Assembly: GCF_006345805.1 (NCBI RefSeq)
Contig: NC_043004.1
Span: forward strand, 105,896,001 to 105,960,000
Length of the DNA: 64,000 nucleotides
Direction: 5' to 3'
Source: Octopus sinensis
Lineage: Eukaryota
This document shows, piece by piece, positions 11,126 through 23,764 of the stretch (its first letter is position 1; the number at the start of each line of letters is the position of its first letter). The notes under the pieces are model-generated. The model made no database searches. It saw only the letters and a list, made by a program, of their open reading frames with translations, and was not told the DNA's origin. A program made the position numbers and the translations under genes.

Positions 11126-11345
11126 ATTTTTAACATCCACTTTTCCAAGCCTGCATGGGTTGGACGGGATTTGACGTGGCAGATGCTCTTCCTGTCGCCA
11201 ACCCACATTTGTTTCCAAGTAAAGTAAAATTTGCCCAAGGCCAGGCATGTTTCCATGGCAGATTGGAAGATTGGAAATGAAGGACACTGTTTGCATGACA
11301 TTTCTTACAACTATCGCTTGATGTCAAGGCAAGAAGACAGTACAC
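11120..11345 (-). mobile_element. SINE family D (GGTTGGCGACAGGAAGAGCATC core, (GAT)n tail)
   Basis: Collinear with 17320-17545 (+), 30755-30890 (+) and 36835-37075 (-). Confidence 0.75.
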
Positions 11346-11403
11346 ACGCATGCATACACACACACACACATGTACGTAGACAAGCAGATATGCATATATA
11401 TAT

Positions 11404-11453
<50 letters not shown>

Positions 11454-11569
11454 AATATATGTACACACACACATATATATGTATACATAGATATATATAC
11501 ACACACAAAAATCTGTCTACATATATATACACATACACACACACACACACATACATACATATACATACA

Positions 11570-11745
11570 ATGGCCTTCTTTTAGACATTTTTCTACCAAA
11601 TTCACTCACAAGATTTTGGTCAGCCAGAGGCAATAGTGGACACTTACCAAAGTGTCTTGCTAAGACACTTACCCAAGTGGAACTGAACCCAAAACCATAA
11701 AGTTGGGAAGCAAACTTCTTAACAATATAGCCATGCCAGCACCTA
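11570..11745 (-). mobile_element. SINE family A, 5' half
   Basis: Reverse complement of head and core with a small internal duplication. Confidence 0.8.
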
Positions 11746-12349
11746 TATCTCTCTATAAAAAACAACTTCTATCAACTTCATTGAATTTTTTTCAGTGATA
11801 TCTTCATCAATTTAACTTCACAATTTAATGAGAAAGCTTCTAGAAGCATCAGTCAAATCTCCCTTAAACCTTCTGAAAGGACAAGGGATGTAGTATATGC
11901 TTCAATGCAGTATTCATTAAAAAAAATTGGGGGGAGAAAATGGTGGGGGAGGGTTTGAATAGCTATCTACTGGATCAGTTCCAACCTGAGGCTGAAGAAG
12001 AACAATGGCAATCAAATTTATCCAATATCACAGACATTTGACATCAAACCACTACAACCACTGTCAATACCACATCAGAATCACACAACAAAAGAGACTG
12101 CTGCCACCACCACAAATTCCCATTAATAAACCTATGTTCAGAAGCCCTAAAGCAGAAATGGTAGAGCAGTAATTAGTTCCATTCTTTGATGTTCTGATTT
12201 CAAATCCCAACATGGCTGACTGAACCTTTTGTGTCTCTACAAGAACAATCAGAATGTACCAAGCATTTACTTCAATTGACTCAATAGATTAAACTTCTTC
12301 CCAACCTAGATATTTTGTCTTATGCCATGGCAAAGAGAGCTATATTATT

Positions 12350-12710
12350 GTATATTGGCAGAATCATTAGAGTTTTGGACAAAATGTCCTGCTGTATTTC
12401 TTCCAGTTCTTTACATTTTGAGTTCAAATCTCACAATGGTCAAATTTGCCTTTCATATTTTTTTTTTTCGTAATTGATAAAAGTGAAGTGCTGGGGGTCA
12501 ATGGTATCGACTACCCCCACCTTCCCAAAATTTTGGTGGTTCCACATGTCTATGCTACTCTTTACATTTTGAGTTCAAATTCCAGTAATATCAACTTTGC
12601 CTTTCATTCTTTCAAGGTTCATAAAATAAATACCAGTGAAGTACTGAGAGTTGAAAGTATTGACTACCCGACCTTCCCAAAATATCTGTTCTTATGCCTA
12701 TGCAAAAAAC
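12350..12710 (+). mobile_element. Tandem family B SINE copies (a further decayed copy at ~12160-12345)
   Basis: TTTACATTTTGAGTTCAAAT...TTTGCCTTTCAT repeated at ~12410 and ~12560. Confidence 0.75.
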
Positions 12711-12719
12711 ACTGACTAT

Positions 12720-13347
12720 GAATAATAATAATATTAATAAAAACATTGTGTACAGTGCTCAGGTGCACTACAACTCAACTAAAGTGTATATATAATCAGG
12801 TGTAGTTTTGGTGGATTTCGGAAAGCATGAGGGCCTTAAAGGATGCAGTGTCATGGCAGTCAATAACTGACGCAGGCAGTTTGTTCCATGCTTCAGCAAC
12901 TCTGAGCGTGAAAAAATGTTTCCGAAAGTCATGGGAGCTGTGTTGTTTTCTGACTTTGTAGGCATGTCCACGTGTGTTAGACACATGAAGATCAAAAAGG
13001 TGTTCAGTGTTGTTGTTGGTGAGGTGGTTGATAACTTTGTGGGTGTTTACCAAGTCCATCGCCAGATGCCGGAGCTTCAGTGAATCCATGCCCAGGGAAA
13101 CAAGGCGCTCAGAATATGGTAGGTGTCTGATGGAGGGTATGCGTTTGGTTGCACGTCTCTGAACAGATTCCAGGAGGTCAATGTTCTGAGCAAGATAGGG
13201 GTTCCAAACTGATGATGCGAATTCCAAGTATGGTCGTACCATAGCTGTATACAGTTTTAAATAGATGGCTGGAGAGCGGCTAACAAAAGTCTTGCTGAGT
13301 GATGCCAAGACACCCTCGGCCTTCTTGACAATTTTAGAGATATGCTT
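12720..13347 (-). mobile_element. 5'-truncated CR1-like LINE (RT C-terminus, 3' UTR, (TTA)n tail)
   Basis: ORF 12796-13410 has LYTAMVRPYLEFASSVWNPY, LESVQRRATK and RVAEAWNKLP; its poly-Leu N-terminus comes from an adjacent (AAT)n tract. Confidence 0.9.
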
Positions 13348-13429
13348 TGTCCAACGCATTATGAATAATAATAATAATAATAACAACAACAACAATAATA
13401 ATAAAAACAACTAAAACAACAATAATAAA

Positions 13430-14165
13430 TGCCCTAATGCAGTACCAGGCACTGGCTCTCATGGCTTCTCAACTGATTTGAATTGTTATCATGTAGATTG
13501 TTTTGTCTTGGTATAAAAGATGGGCAACAGTAAATATTCTGCTCAATACCACAGATTTGCTTGTCAGTTGTTTGACCTTAACCAGTTGAGCATGTCCCTT
13601 AGTGACTGACGATATGTGCATCTCTGATCACGAGTAGAAGTAGTGGGGGAGCATCATAGCCATGTGTTGAGAGGGATTCTTTGGGGTTTGAATAATTCAC
13701 CTCTGGAAACATGGGTGTTCCATTCAACATACTTAAACAACCCTTATTCAGGGATCTTTTGAGCAGGTGGACTATTCAATGTGAAAAAAAATTCTAACTG
13801 GGTTCCACTTGCAAGGTCATCATCATCATCGTCATCGTTTAACGTCCGTTTTCCGTGCTAGCACAGGTTGGACAGTTCGACCGGGGTCTGGGAAGCCAGG
13901 GCTGCACCAGGCTCCAGTCTGATCTGGCAGAGTTTCTACAGCTGGATGCCCTTCCTAACGCCAACCACTCCACGAGTGTAGTGAGTGCTTTTTACGTGCC
14001 ACCTGCACAGGTGCCAGGCGAGGCTGGCAATGGCTACGGTCGGTTGGTGCTTTTGAGATCACCATGTCATGCATGATGGCTATATTGGGCTTCATATATT
14101 TTACCCCAGTCTCAGTTTCATAGCATGCACAGCTTTCTCACTCAATAATAATAATAATAATAACT
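13430..14165 (+). mobile_element. ~550-bp non-autonomous retroposon with (AAT)n tail, interrupted by a family C SINE
   Basis: 13430-13817 and 14054-14165 are collinear with 14405-14663 and with the reverse complement of 35678-36187. Confidence 0.8.
13818..14053 (-). mobile_element. Family C nested in the (AAT)n-tailed element
   Basis: Reverse complement of family C; (CAT)n tail begins at the host AAGGTCAT. Confidence 0.9.
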
Positions 14166-14167
14166 AT

Positions 14168-14385
14168 AATCCTTTCGACTCTAGGCACAAGGCCTGAAAT
14201 TTGGGGGAGGGAGATAGTCAATTACATTGACCCCCATTACTGAACTGGTACTTAATTTATTGACCCTGAAAGGATGAAAGGCAAAATCAACCGTGGCAGA
14301 ATTTGAACTCAAAACATAGCAACAGGTGAAATACCTCCAAGCATTTCATCCAGCATGCAAATAATTATACCAGTTTACTGCCTTA
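14168..14385 (-). mobile_element. SINE family B
   Basis: Reverse complement of the family B consensus. Confidence 0.88.
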
Positions 14386-14404
14386 ATGATAATGATAGTA
14401 ATAA

Positions 14405-14663
14405 TACTCTGATCACAAGCAGAAGTAGTGGGGGAGTATCATAGCCATATGTTGAGAGGAATTATTTGGAGTTTGAATAATTCACCTCTGGAAACATGGG
14501 TGTTTCATTCAACATCCTTAAATAAACCTTGTTCAGGGACCTTTTGAGTGGGATGAGATACTCAACCTGAAGAAAATTCTCACTGGTCATGCACTGTTTA
14601 TCTTGAAACGTGATCACCTTGTTGCGCTCATATGATTGTGATGCATGTGCCTGGTGTACCCTT
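14405..14663 (+). mobile_element. Partial copy of the (AAT)n-tailed element
   Basis: CTCTGATCACAAGCAGAAGTAGTGGGGGAG... matches 13622 onward. Confidence 0.8.
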
Positions 14664-14679
14664 AATATCCTAAATATCC

Positions 14680-15357
14680 CTTAATAAATTTATTATCGTA
14701 TGCAAAAGATAACACTATTTCCTATTAAGAGATTTGCTAAAAATAAACATAAAAAAAGTAAAACGTTAAAATTCATGATTAAAGGGGAACAACTTCCACA
14801 AGAAAGTTACTTCCCTTGTCGATTATTTTATAAAAGTCGTCACATTCTATACTTTTTTAAAAAGAGAACACATTTCTGTGTGTTTATTAAAAAGTTCTAT
14901 TTTTCTTCCATTGTGTTACATTAGAAGTTTGCATGTTTGTGATTGTACGAGAAAGAGAGAGTAATAAAAGAAAATTCAAAAGATTAATTAAATCCTACAA
15001 ATAACCACGATATTCGCAATAATTAACTTGTAACTTGCGTTTTATTTTTATGGTTAACATAAAATACATCTATAAAAGAATTAGTATTTATCCATTTATA
15101 TTCTCCCTGTCGATGGTTGATGCCAAAAGACATGTTGGATCTTCTCGGTTTGAACAGCAGTTTTTTCTAGCGGGGTCATATGAAATTGTCACCCATAATT
15201 ATGACCCTAGTATCGATCTATTGCATTTCAATCTGTTTTAGGGTTAGGGTTAGTGGTGGGGGGAAGGTATCTTTTTTTCTTCTAAATGTAAATAAACCCA
15301 ATCTGTTTCTTAAACGAGGGACATATTCATACGGCACAGAATGTTTTTGCACATTAC
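14680..15357. mobile_element. Unclassified AT-rich repeat, possibly Helentron/Helitron-related non-autonomous element
   Basis: Short inverted repeat GGGTCATA/TATGACCC (15174-15207) followed by TTAGGGTTAGGGTTAG; class is a guess. Confidence 0.3.
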
Positions 15358-15432
15358 TGCATATACTTACTTTATACGCACTTTCTGACAAGTTGTGGTG
15401 CACCTGAGCACTGTATACAATAATTTCATTAT
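15358..15432 (+). mobile_element. CR1-like LINE extreme 3' tail
   Basis: GACAAGTTGTGGTGCACCTGAGCACTGTATACAATAATTTCATTATT is the reverse complement of the tail at ~42490-42535. Confidence 0.7.
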
Positions 15433-15677
15433 TTCCTTATTTCATTATTTTATTACCTCAATAGATGTTTGATAAGGGATCTTTTCTCTCTACTGTCGAT
15501 AGACGAGACAAGGTTCCCACAGCTCTACCTGCACAGAATACAAACTTGCAAACGTCAAATGCATTGACATACCTTGTCGACATTACAGTGAACCACTGGC
15601 TGTTCCCACTGGATGCCCGTTTTAGTTCATGCATTCAATACATCTTCTTGCCGTGGGGGTCGGGGGAAACACTACAA

Positions 15678-15830
15678 CTGTGGGGTTTACTAGCTTGCTT
15701 TGTAACCAAGTGGTTCCTGGTTCAATCCCACTGTACAGCACCTTGAGCAAGTGACTCCTACTATCGTGTCAAATTGATCAATGCTTTGTGAAAGAATTTG
15801 GTAAGCAGAAACTGTATGGAATCCTATCGT
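15678..15830 (+). mobile_element. SINE family A, diverged head
   Basis: GGTTCAATCCCACTG...CCTTGAGCAAGTG. Confidence 0.75.
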
Positions 15831-15920
15831 ATGTATGTATATGTGTATGTGTGTGTATGTATTATGTATGTGGGTGTGGGTATGTGTGTGCGTGCGTATG
15901 TTTTTTTTATTAAAAAAAAT

Positions 15921-16286
15921 TTTTTGTTTCAGTCATTTGACTGCGGCCATGCTGGAGCACTGCCTTTAGTCAAACAAATCGACCCCGGGACTTATTATTT
16001 GTAAGCCTGGTACTTATTCTATCGGTCTCTTTTTGCCGAACCGCTAAGTTACGGGGACATAAACACACCAACATCAGTTGTCAAGCGATGGTGGCAGGAC
16101 AAACACACACACACACACATATATATACGACGGGCTTCTTTCAGTTTCCGTCTGCCAAATCCACTCACAAGGCTTTGGTTGGCCCGAGGCTATAGTTGAA
16201 GATACTTGCCCAAGGTGCCACGCAGCGGGACTGAACTTGGAAGCATATCGTTGGTAAGCAAGCTACTTACCACACAGCCACCTTGC
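15921..16286 (-). mobile_element. SINE family A, full length
   Basis: Reverse complement of the family A consensus. Confidence 0.9.
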
Positions 16287-16777
16287 ACCCATGTGTGTAT
16301 GTTTGTGTTTGTTCACCCATCCCGCTTGACTACCAGTGTTGGTTTGTTGACATCCAAGTAACTTAGAGGTTGACAAAAGAAGCAAAATGAATAGGAACCT
16401 TCAAGGTGGTACCCTGGCACTGCTGCAGTCTCCAACAATTGAAACAAATAAAAAATAAAGAGCAAAGAAAAAGGAAGTCAATTACTATATTTTTATCTGG
16501 GTTACTTTATGCCCCATTTCTGATAATTTTTGCCTAGAAATCCCTCCAAGCATAACATAACATTAATTTTAGGATTATGTATAAAGGTTAGTGAGAAGCC
16601 TGTTGCTGGTGGTGGTGGTGGTGGTAGTGGTGACGGTGGCAGTGGTGGTCATGCTTCATGGGGTGAAGCCCAAGAGTGGTTTCTTTTTTTTAAATTTTTT
16701 TATAGATTTGTCAGAAGAGGAAGGACAGCTGCCATGAAATTTTACATGAGACTTTCAATATCGATGTAGGAATATTG

Positions 16778-16945
16778 TAGGTGCTGGCATGGCTGTGTGG
16801 TAAGAAGTTCGCTTCTCAACCACATGGTTCTGGTTTCAGTCCTACAGCATGCCACTTTGGACAAGTGTCTTCTACTTCAGCCTCAGGCCAACCAATGCTT
16901 TGTGAGTGAATTTGGTAGGTAGAAATTGTGTGGAAGCCTATCATG
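16778..16945 (+). mobile_element. SINE family A, 5' half
   Basis: A/B boxes and core. Confidence 0.83.
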
Positions 16946-16974
16946 TATGTGTGTGTGCGTTGTTTGTTCCTTCT

Positions 16975-17250
16975 CAAGACACACCTGGCTCATAAGGGCT
17001 GGTTTCCCAGTTTCCTTGGCATATAGGTTCCCCACCTGGATGGGACGCTGGTCTGTCGCAGGTAAGCTGCAAGATGCAGGAGGAAAGAATGAGAGAAAGT
17101 TGTGGCAAAAGAGTCAGCAGAAGATCACCATTACCTTCTGCTGGAGCTTAGGTGTTTCACTCATAAACACACACATTGCCCGGTCTGAAATTCGAACCCA
17201 TGATCCCTCGACCGTGAGTCCGCTGCTCTAACCCCTAGGCCATATGCCTC
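16975..17250 (-). mobile_element. tRNA SINE, head Y with V-domain-like tail
   Basis: Minus strand: TGGCCTAGGGGTTAG, GGTTCGAATTTC, then GCGACAGACCAGCGTCCCATCCAGG. Confidence 0.85.
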
Positions 17251-17319
17251 CATGTATGTGTGTGTGTGAGAGAGAGAGAGAGAAAGAGAGAGACTGTGAT
17301 GGGGGTTAGAGTACCTACT

Positions 17320-17542
17320 TATCTTGATATCATGTGATAGTTGTAAACGAATGTCACCATCATGCAAGCAGTATCCTTTCTTTCCAATCCTCTATAAAAA
17401 CGTCCGGTCATGGGGAAATATTACTTTACTTGGCAACAAGTGAAGGTTGGCCACAGGAAGAGCATCTGGCCATAGAATAATCTGCTTCAACAAAGTTCTA
17501 TTCAACCCATATGCACATGGAAAAGTGGCTGTTGAAATAACA

Positions 17543-17574
<32 letters not shown>

Positions 17575-17575
17575 A
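17320..17575 (+). mobile_element. SINE family D
   Basis: GATAGTTGTAAACGAATGTC...CTTGGCAACAAGTGAAGGTTGGCCACAGGAAGAGCATC...(GAT)n. Confidence 0.75.
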
Positions 17576-17794
17576 GGTGGGGAAGAAGCTACACCCCATT
17601 CGGGTTATCCTCAAACCACAGATCTAGTCTGGATCCTTGCATTAACAGAGTTGATCCTGTTGAAAATGCACAAGGTCCAGGTGGTGGTGGTAATAGTGTT
17701 GGTGGTGGTGGTGGTGGTGGTGGTGGTGGTTGAGTGTATCTAATCAACTAATTGTGTAGCTTTAGTGTAGTGTGAATGTACTTTTGTTTCTGAT

Positions 17795-17945
17795 TTTGGC
17801 CCAAGGCCAGCAATGTCAGGCGTGGTGGATAAATCGATTACATCACCTTCAGTGCTCAACTGGTACTTATTTTATCAGACCCCGAAAGGATGAAAGGCAA
17901 AGTTAATCTTGGTGGAATTTGAAATCGGAGTGTCGAAATGGACAG
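17795..17945 (-). mobile_element. SINE family B, 3' part
   Basis: CCCGAAAGGATGAAAGGCAAAG...GAATTTGAA. Confidence 0.8.
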
Positions 17946-18170
17946 TGTAAATGTACATTATGGACTGGACACTGACTGATGAAAACTTAACAAGGGTTAC
18001 TTGGATGGTTTGGGGTAGCAGTTTGTGAGTATTAGTCTGCTGAGGAAGGTAGAAGTTTGATTTCAAGCATTTAGTATATACTCTGTAAATATGTACTTAA
18101 GTATAGAGGTTTTTAGTGTATTATATACAAACAAGAAAATATTTGCCCACATTTCTTTGTGTGAGTGTAT

Positions 18171-18255
<85 letters not shown>

Positions 18256-18584
18256 TACTACATTTAAACGCATTAAGAGGTATCCATCAAAGGACTCCCT
18301 TACGCTAGAAGGAACAGCTAAAGTCCAAACCACTAATTAGGGATTAGTGGTTTGGACTTTAGCCTAAGGGAGTCCTATGATGGATACCTCTTAATGTGTT
18401 TAAATGTAGACTGTATTTTATATTTAATAATTATAGTCTATTGACTAATTTTTCTATACACTAGGTCACTGGTAGTAAAAATTTCTAAAATCTTTATTAC
18501 CCTGATATTATTACATATATTTATATATATATATATATATATATATTACCCAAAACCAAGAACTTTTCAGCACTGCTTCATATA

Positions 18585-18850
18585 TAGGCACAGGCTTGGC
18601 TGTGTGGTAAGAAGCTTGGTTTCCAATCACATGGTTCCAGGTTCAGTCCCACTGCCTGGCAATCTGGGCAAATGTCTGCTACTATAGCCTTGAGCTGACT
18701 GACCAAAACCTCATGAGTTGATTTGTTAGACAAGAACTGAAAGAAGCCTTGTGTGTGTGCATGTGTGTACATGCGTGTGTGTACATGCATGTGTGTGTGT
18801 GTGTGTGTTTGTCCCTCACCACTACTTGACAACCGATGGTGATGTGCTGC
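18585..18850 (+). mobile_element. SINE family A, 3'-truncated
   Basis: Head, core, microsatellite and start of the body. Confidence 0.83.
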
Positions 18851-18894
18851 TACTGCTGATGATGATGAACGTATATATATGCGTGTGTGTGTGT

Positions 18895-19410
18895 GGAGAC
18901 GCAATGGCCCAGTGGTTAGGGCAGCAGACTTACAGTTGTAGGATCATGAGTTTGATTCCCAGACCAGGCATTGTGAGTGTTTATTGAGCAAAAACACCTA
19001 AAGCTCCACAAGGCTCTGGCAGGGGATGGTGGTGAACCCTTCTGTACTCTTCCACCACAACTTTCTCTCTCTCTTTCTTCCAGTTTCTGTTGTACATGTA
19101 TTTCAAAGGGGCCAGCCTTGTCACATTCTGTTTCATGTTGAATCTCCCCGAGAACTACGTTAAGGGTACATTAAAAGTGTCTGTGGAGTGCTCAGCCACT
19201 TGCATGTTAATAAATGAGCTGCGACGTCACAGGTGCCAAGCTGTATCGGCCCCTTTGCCTTTCCCTTGGATAACATCGGTGGTATGAAGAGGGGAGGCTG
19301 GTAGGCATGGGCGACTGCTGATCTTCTATAATCAACCTTGCCCAGACTTGCGCCTCGGAGGGGAAATTTCTTGGTGCAATTCCATGGTCATTCATGACCA
19401 TGGGGAGTCA
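18895..19410 (+). mobile_element. Chimeric tRNA SINE: head Y, middle module and alternative tail
   Basis: 18895-19080 matches the reverse complement of 17075-17250; 19090-19210 resembles 2490-2560; 19211-19400 matches 49817-50000. Confidence 0.8.
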
Positions 19411-19419
19411 CAATATATA

Positions 19420-19486
<67 letters not shown>

Positions 19487-20219
19487 CATTCATACACACA
19501 CACACACACATAAATTTGCTTGTTTCAGTCATTGGCCTTGCTGGGGCACTGCCTTGAGGAATTAAATAAAAATATAAATCAATGTCTGATGCTATTTTTG
19601 TTTTCTCCTCAGCAAGAACTATAAGACAGCTCTGGACATGTTTCACTCTTTCTGGAATTCCTTACCATAATTTACTAAAGTACTAGTTCTCAAGTTACTA
19701 AGTAAATATACAAGAATGTTTGTTGTTGGCATTGAGGAAAAAAAAATATTTGTATTTGTATGCATGTGCGTATGTGAATGTATATGTGTGTATGTATGTG
19801 TGTGTGTGAGTGTATACGTGTGTGTGGTGTGAAGAGCTCTGTCTGTTCTCAGTTGTATCTTTTCCACTTAAACTGTACTTACACTTTTAATATGCTTGAG
19901 AACAAATATCACTCAGTCTTACTGCCCTCCCCCCCACCCCATCCTCTTTAGACTTTATACTTATGTCTACAGGTGAGATGGCTAAGTGAATAAAACCTTG
20001 AACTATTTGCCCAATAAACTAGATGCAAGCATTTTGTTGTGTATTTAGGTAGAACACTTGACTTCATGTTGTCCTAGTTCATTTAAAGAAGGTATAACTG
20101 ATCACCTGGGAATGTTACCTGTAATAGACTAGCGTTCTATCTAGTGTGACATTTGCGTCTAGCTAAATTCACACATTTAAATCTAAATCAAACACCAGCC
20201 CTTGACAATCTCTATTATA

Positions 20220-20441
20220 CAAGGGCTTGCTGAAAAGTTCCTGGTTTTAAGGGTATCACAAAAGGCCTGGTTGGAGGATTAACCTTCCAAGTCCTTTTAC
20301 AGGGCTTAAAAAGACTGAAGGACTACTTACAAGGCTTAGGAAAATTGAAGGACTGAATTTGAGAGGGAAATTTACTGATCCTCTTCTATTTTCTTTTATC
20401 CAAAGCCAGGAACTTTTCAGCACCTCCCCCCCTCCTTCCTT
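20220..20441. mobile_element. Mariner/Tc1-type MITE, same family as 7360, opposite orientation
   Basis: TA-CAAGGGCTTGCTGAAAAGTTCCTGG ... CCAGGAACTTTTCAGCACC; interior matches the reverse complement of 7360-7575. Confidence 0.75.
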
Positions 20442-20779
20442 GTATCTCTTATATCTATGAGAGATACCATTTACAGGTCTGATACAGATATCAATTCAAT
20501 TTAAATGCCTATCCTTAACTGTGGTCAATGATGAATAACCAAAAGATTACAATCACAAATACAAGTGACCAAGATGGTGTAAAGAGTTGTATAGTGATGG
20601 TAGTTCCTTATTTGTTGAATTCTTGATCAACCATTTTATTACCTTTCATTACACTTCCCTCCCCCCTCTCTCTTTATTCCTTCTACTTGCAATTTCTATC
20701 AACAACCCATGCACCTCCTCTGCAACAACACATCTGTTTCTGTCTCCTTGTCTTGTAAAGTTATTTGATGACCCTGCCA

Positions 20780-21045
20780 ATGCAGGTGCCACTCAAAAAG
20801 CACTCAGTCCGCACTGTAGAGTGGTTGGCATTTGGAAGGGCATCCAGCTGTAAAAACCTTGCCAAAACTGACTTGTGCGTGTGCCACATAAAAAGCACTC
20901 TGACCACTCTACAGAGTGGTTGGCACTAGGAAAAGCATCCAACCGTAAAATTAATGCCAAAACAGGCACAGAAGCATGGCACAGGCTCCTGCCTGGCCAG
21001 TTCCTGTCGAATTGTCCAACCCATGCCAGCTTGGAAGGAGGGCAT
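20780..21045 (+). mobile_element. Family C with duplicated core
   Basis: AAAAAGCACTC..GTGGTTGGCA..GGAA.GCATCC occurs twice. Confidence 0.8.
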
Positions 21046-21320
21046 TAAAGGGTAAGAAGAAGAGGTCAAAAGCCAGAAGAGACAGATAAGTTCTGAGACA
21101 GTGATTTGGCCTTCAATGAACCACATAAAAACAAGAGTCGTCACTGATGACTCAACAATCAAAAAAAGGTTGTAAGTTGGAGTAACAGGTAGATTCTAAA
21201 GGTGTATTAGATGTTTTGGCCCAGCTGTTTTGGTACTGGCAGTTTAGAATCTCTAACTCATTTTGCATTAGATATTTTAATATTTCTCTCATTCTGTCTC
21301 TTTCTCTCTCTCTCTCTCTC

Positions 21321-21356
<36 letters not shown>

Positions 21357-21569
21357 TTCTCTCTCTCTCTTTCTTTTGAAAGAAGTGCTCCAGCATGACC
21401 ACTATCAAATATCAGAAACTAGTAAAAGCATCAAAGAATAGTGTCTGTTTGTATTTGGGGGATTACAAAACAAAGTATCTTTGCTTTGTTTCAATGAAAT
21501 GTCTTTTCCGAGATGAAAAACTCAAGATAATCTCTATTCCTTTTGGCAATACACATGTAAAGAAACAAA

Positions 21570-21725
<156 letters not shown>

Positions 21726-22349
21726 TTCACATTCACACACATGCATATACCTCCTTCTTTTCATAGACATTATCTTTTTATCTGGGTTTATAAGTTTGTG
21801 TTGTTACCAAATGTCTGTTGCAATATACTGTTACCTTTGATTTGATTTAATTTCGAAAATAATAAAGAATTTAGTAAAATAACTTTGTCATTATTAAATC
21901 AATGTTTGGAATGAGAATCAACATGAAATTTGATGCAAAGTTTTAACCCTTTCCCTGTGAAATTAAGTTCCATGGTTATTACAGTTACGATGTTAAATAT
22001 CTACCCAAAAATAGAATTGGTATTTTCTGCAAGTCATGCTGCCAGAATAAACTTGACATATCTCAACAGAAATAGTTTCAAACATGACATTTTTCAACAA
22101 AACCTACACTGGAATATAAAATTGCTTTCCACAGTTAAGGGTAATGAAATTTTGAGTGGATATATCTGATTTCCACATTGAAGGAATAATTTGATTCCTT
22201 AGCATTTAATTCTTCTCCAGCCAAAATATTCTACCTGTTTTATATTCAAACTGGCCAGATCTAGTCTCTCATGCCTACTGTACAATGTCATTCTAAAAAC
22301 AATCTATTACATTGTTGAAACCTCAAAGTTATAAGATAATTTATGATTA

Positions 22350-22808
22350 GGCATAGGAGTGGCTGTGTGGTAAGTAGCTTGCTTATGAACCACATGGTTC
22401 CGGGTTCAGTCCCACTGCATGGCACCTTGGGCAAGTGTCTTTTACTATAGCCTCGGGCCGACCAAAGCCTTGTAAGTGGATTTGGTAGACAGAAACTGAA
22501 AGAAGCCCATCGTATTTATGTATATATATATATATATGTATAAAAATTATATATAAAAATACAAAATGGGACAAGAACACAAAACACACAAAGAGACGAC
22601 ACAAAAAAACGGACGGGTCATTCGAAGCCTCTAATCTTCAGTCAGGAACCGGATCATCCTAGCAATTTCGGCTGATTAATCCTGATATTGCTCCGATCCG
22701 ACCAGCCCCAAGGAAAAACTAAGCTGCGAGCATTAGATTTCTTGGAAAAAGGATCGAATGTAAACGAAACAAGGACAGAAAAACGGACGATGCCACACGA
22801 ATATAAAT

Positions 22809-22856
<48 letters not shown>

Positions 22857-23070
22857 GTGTGTATGTGTCTGCGTTTGTCCCCCCAACATCGCTTGATAAC
22901 TGATGCTGGTGTGTTTATGTGACTGTAACTTAGCGGTTCAGCAAAAGAGACCAATAGAATATGTACTAGACTTACAAAGAATAAGTCTTGGTGTCGATTT
23001 GCTCGACTAAAGGCGGTGCTCCAGCATGGCCACAGTCACATGACTGAAACAAGTAAAAGAGTAAAGGGTA
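22350..23070 (+). mobile_element. SINE family A, full length with nested insertion
   Basis: Near-identical to 57031-57444 outside 22541-22813. Confidence 0.92.
22541..22813. repeat. Unclassified ~270-bp repeat inserted in the microsatellite of a SINE
   Basis: Interrupts the SINE at 22350-23070; a diverged copy in the opposite orientation lies at ~6100-6400. Confidence 0.55.
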
Positions 23071-23764
23071 ATAATTCAAAACTGTGTGAATAAATAAGCA
23101 TTACATTTGAAAGAACAATCTGAATAGCAAATGGTTAAATCACTAAAGCTGGAAATTTGTGTCATAGAACGAAGGACAGTTTCCGACAGAGAGATATCAA
23201 AAGGTTAAAAGACATATTACATGATGTGGGAGTTTGGAATAATTGCTTTTTGTTTTCTATTTCTATCCTGACCCCACAGCATTTCCACCTTCTTCACATT
23301 TCCAGATTGTCATCAGCTTTAAAAGTTTCCCTTTTATGATAATTACCTCTATAAGTGACCCTTAACATATTTGTTCTGCCTCTGTAAAATATATGCAATT
23401 CAAAAGTAAATCACCTGACCTCACTTTGTTTCGTTTCTAAAGTATGTTCACTTTCTCTTATCACTACTTGACATCGTCTCTCAATGGGTTTATGACAAAC
23501 AACACAGTATTCTTCAATATCAGCGTTTGACACTCATTTCACATATCGTTGTCACTGTTGACTTGTATCTGAGTTGTAGATCTGCAGCAAGTGCTTATTA
23601 CACATATCAACGGGGTCACAAATACAACTTTACACCTTCCCTATCCAACAACTCAACCGATCCAACAAACGTCACCCAGTACTAGGCCTCCTAATCTATG
23701 AAAGCCACTCAAAGCAAACAGGCACACGCACGCATGCATACACACACACACACACATACACACA

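Larger units (their letters stand above)
22191..23138. mobile_element. piggyBac-like MITE split by a SINE
   Basis: Left part 22191-22349 (TTGATTCCTTAGCATTTA) and right part 23071-23138 ending AGCAAATGGTTAA. Confidence 0.5.

Noticed and set aside
9889-11301. Poly-Asp, -Met, -Ser, -His and -Ile ORFs
   Set aside because: Translations of (GAT)n/(CAT)n SINE tails.
15238-15253. TTAGGG repeats as an interstitial telomere
   Set aside because: Fewer than three units, embedded in a dispersed-repeat-like block.
22615-22650. Minus-strand CTGAAGA...CGAAT as a canonical hammerhead
   Set aside because: GAAU rather than GAAA, and no stem I pairing.
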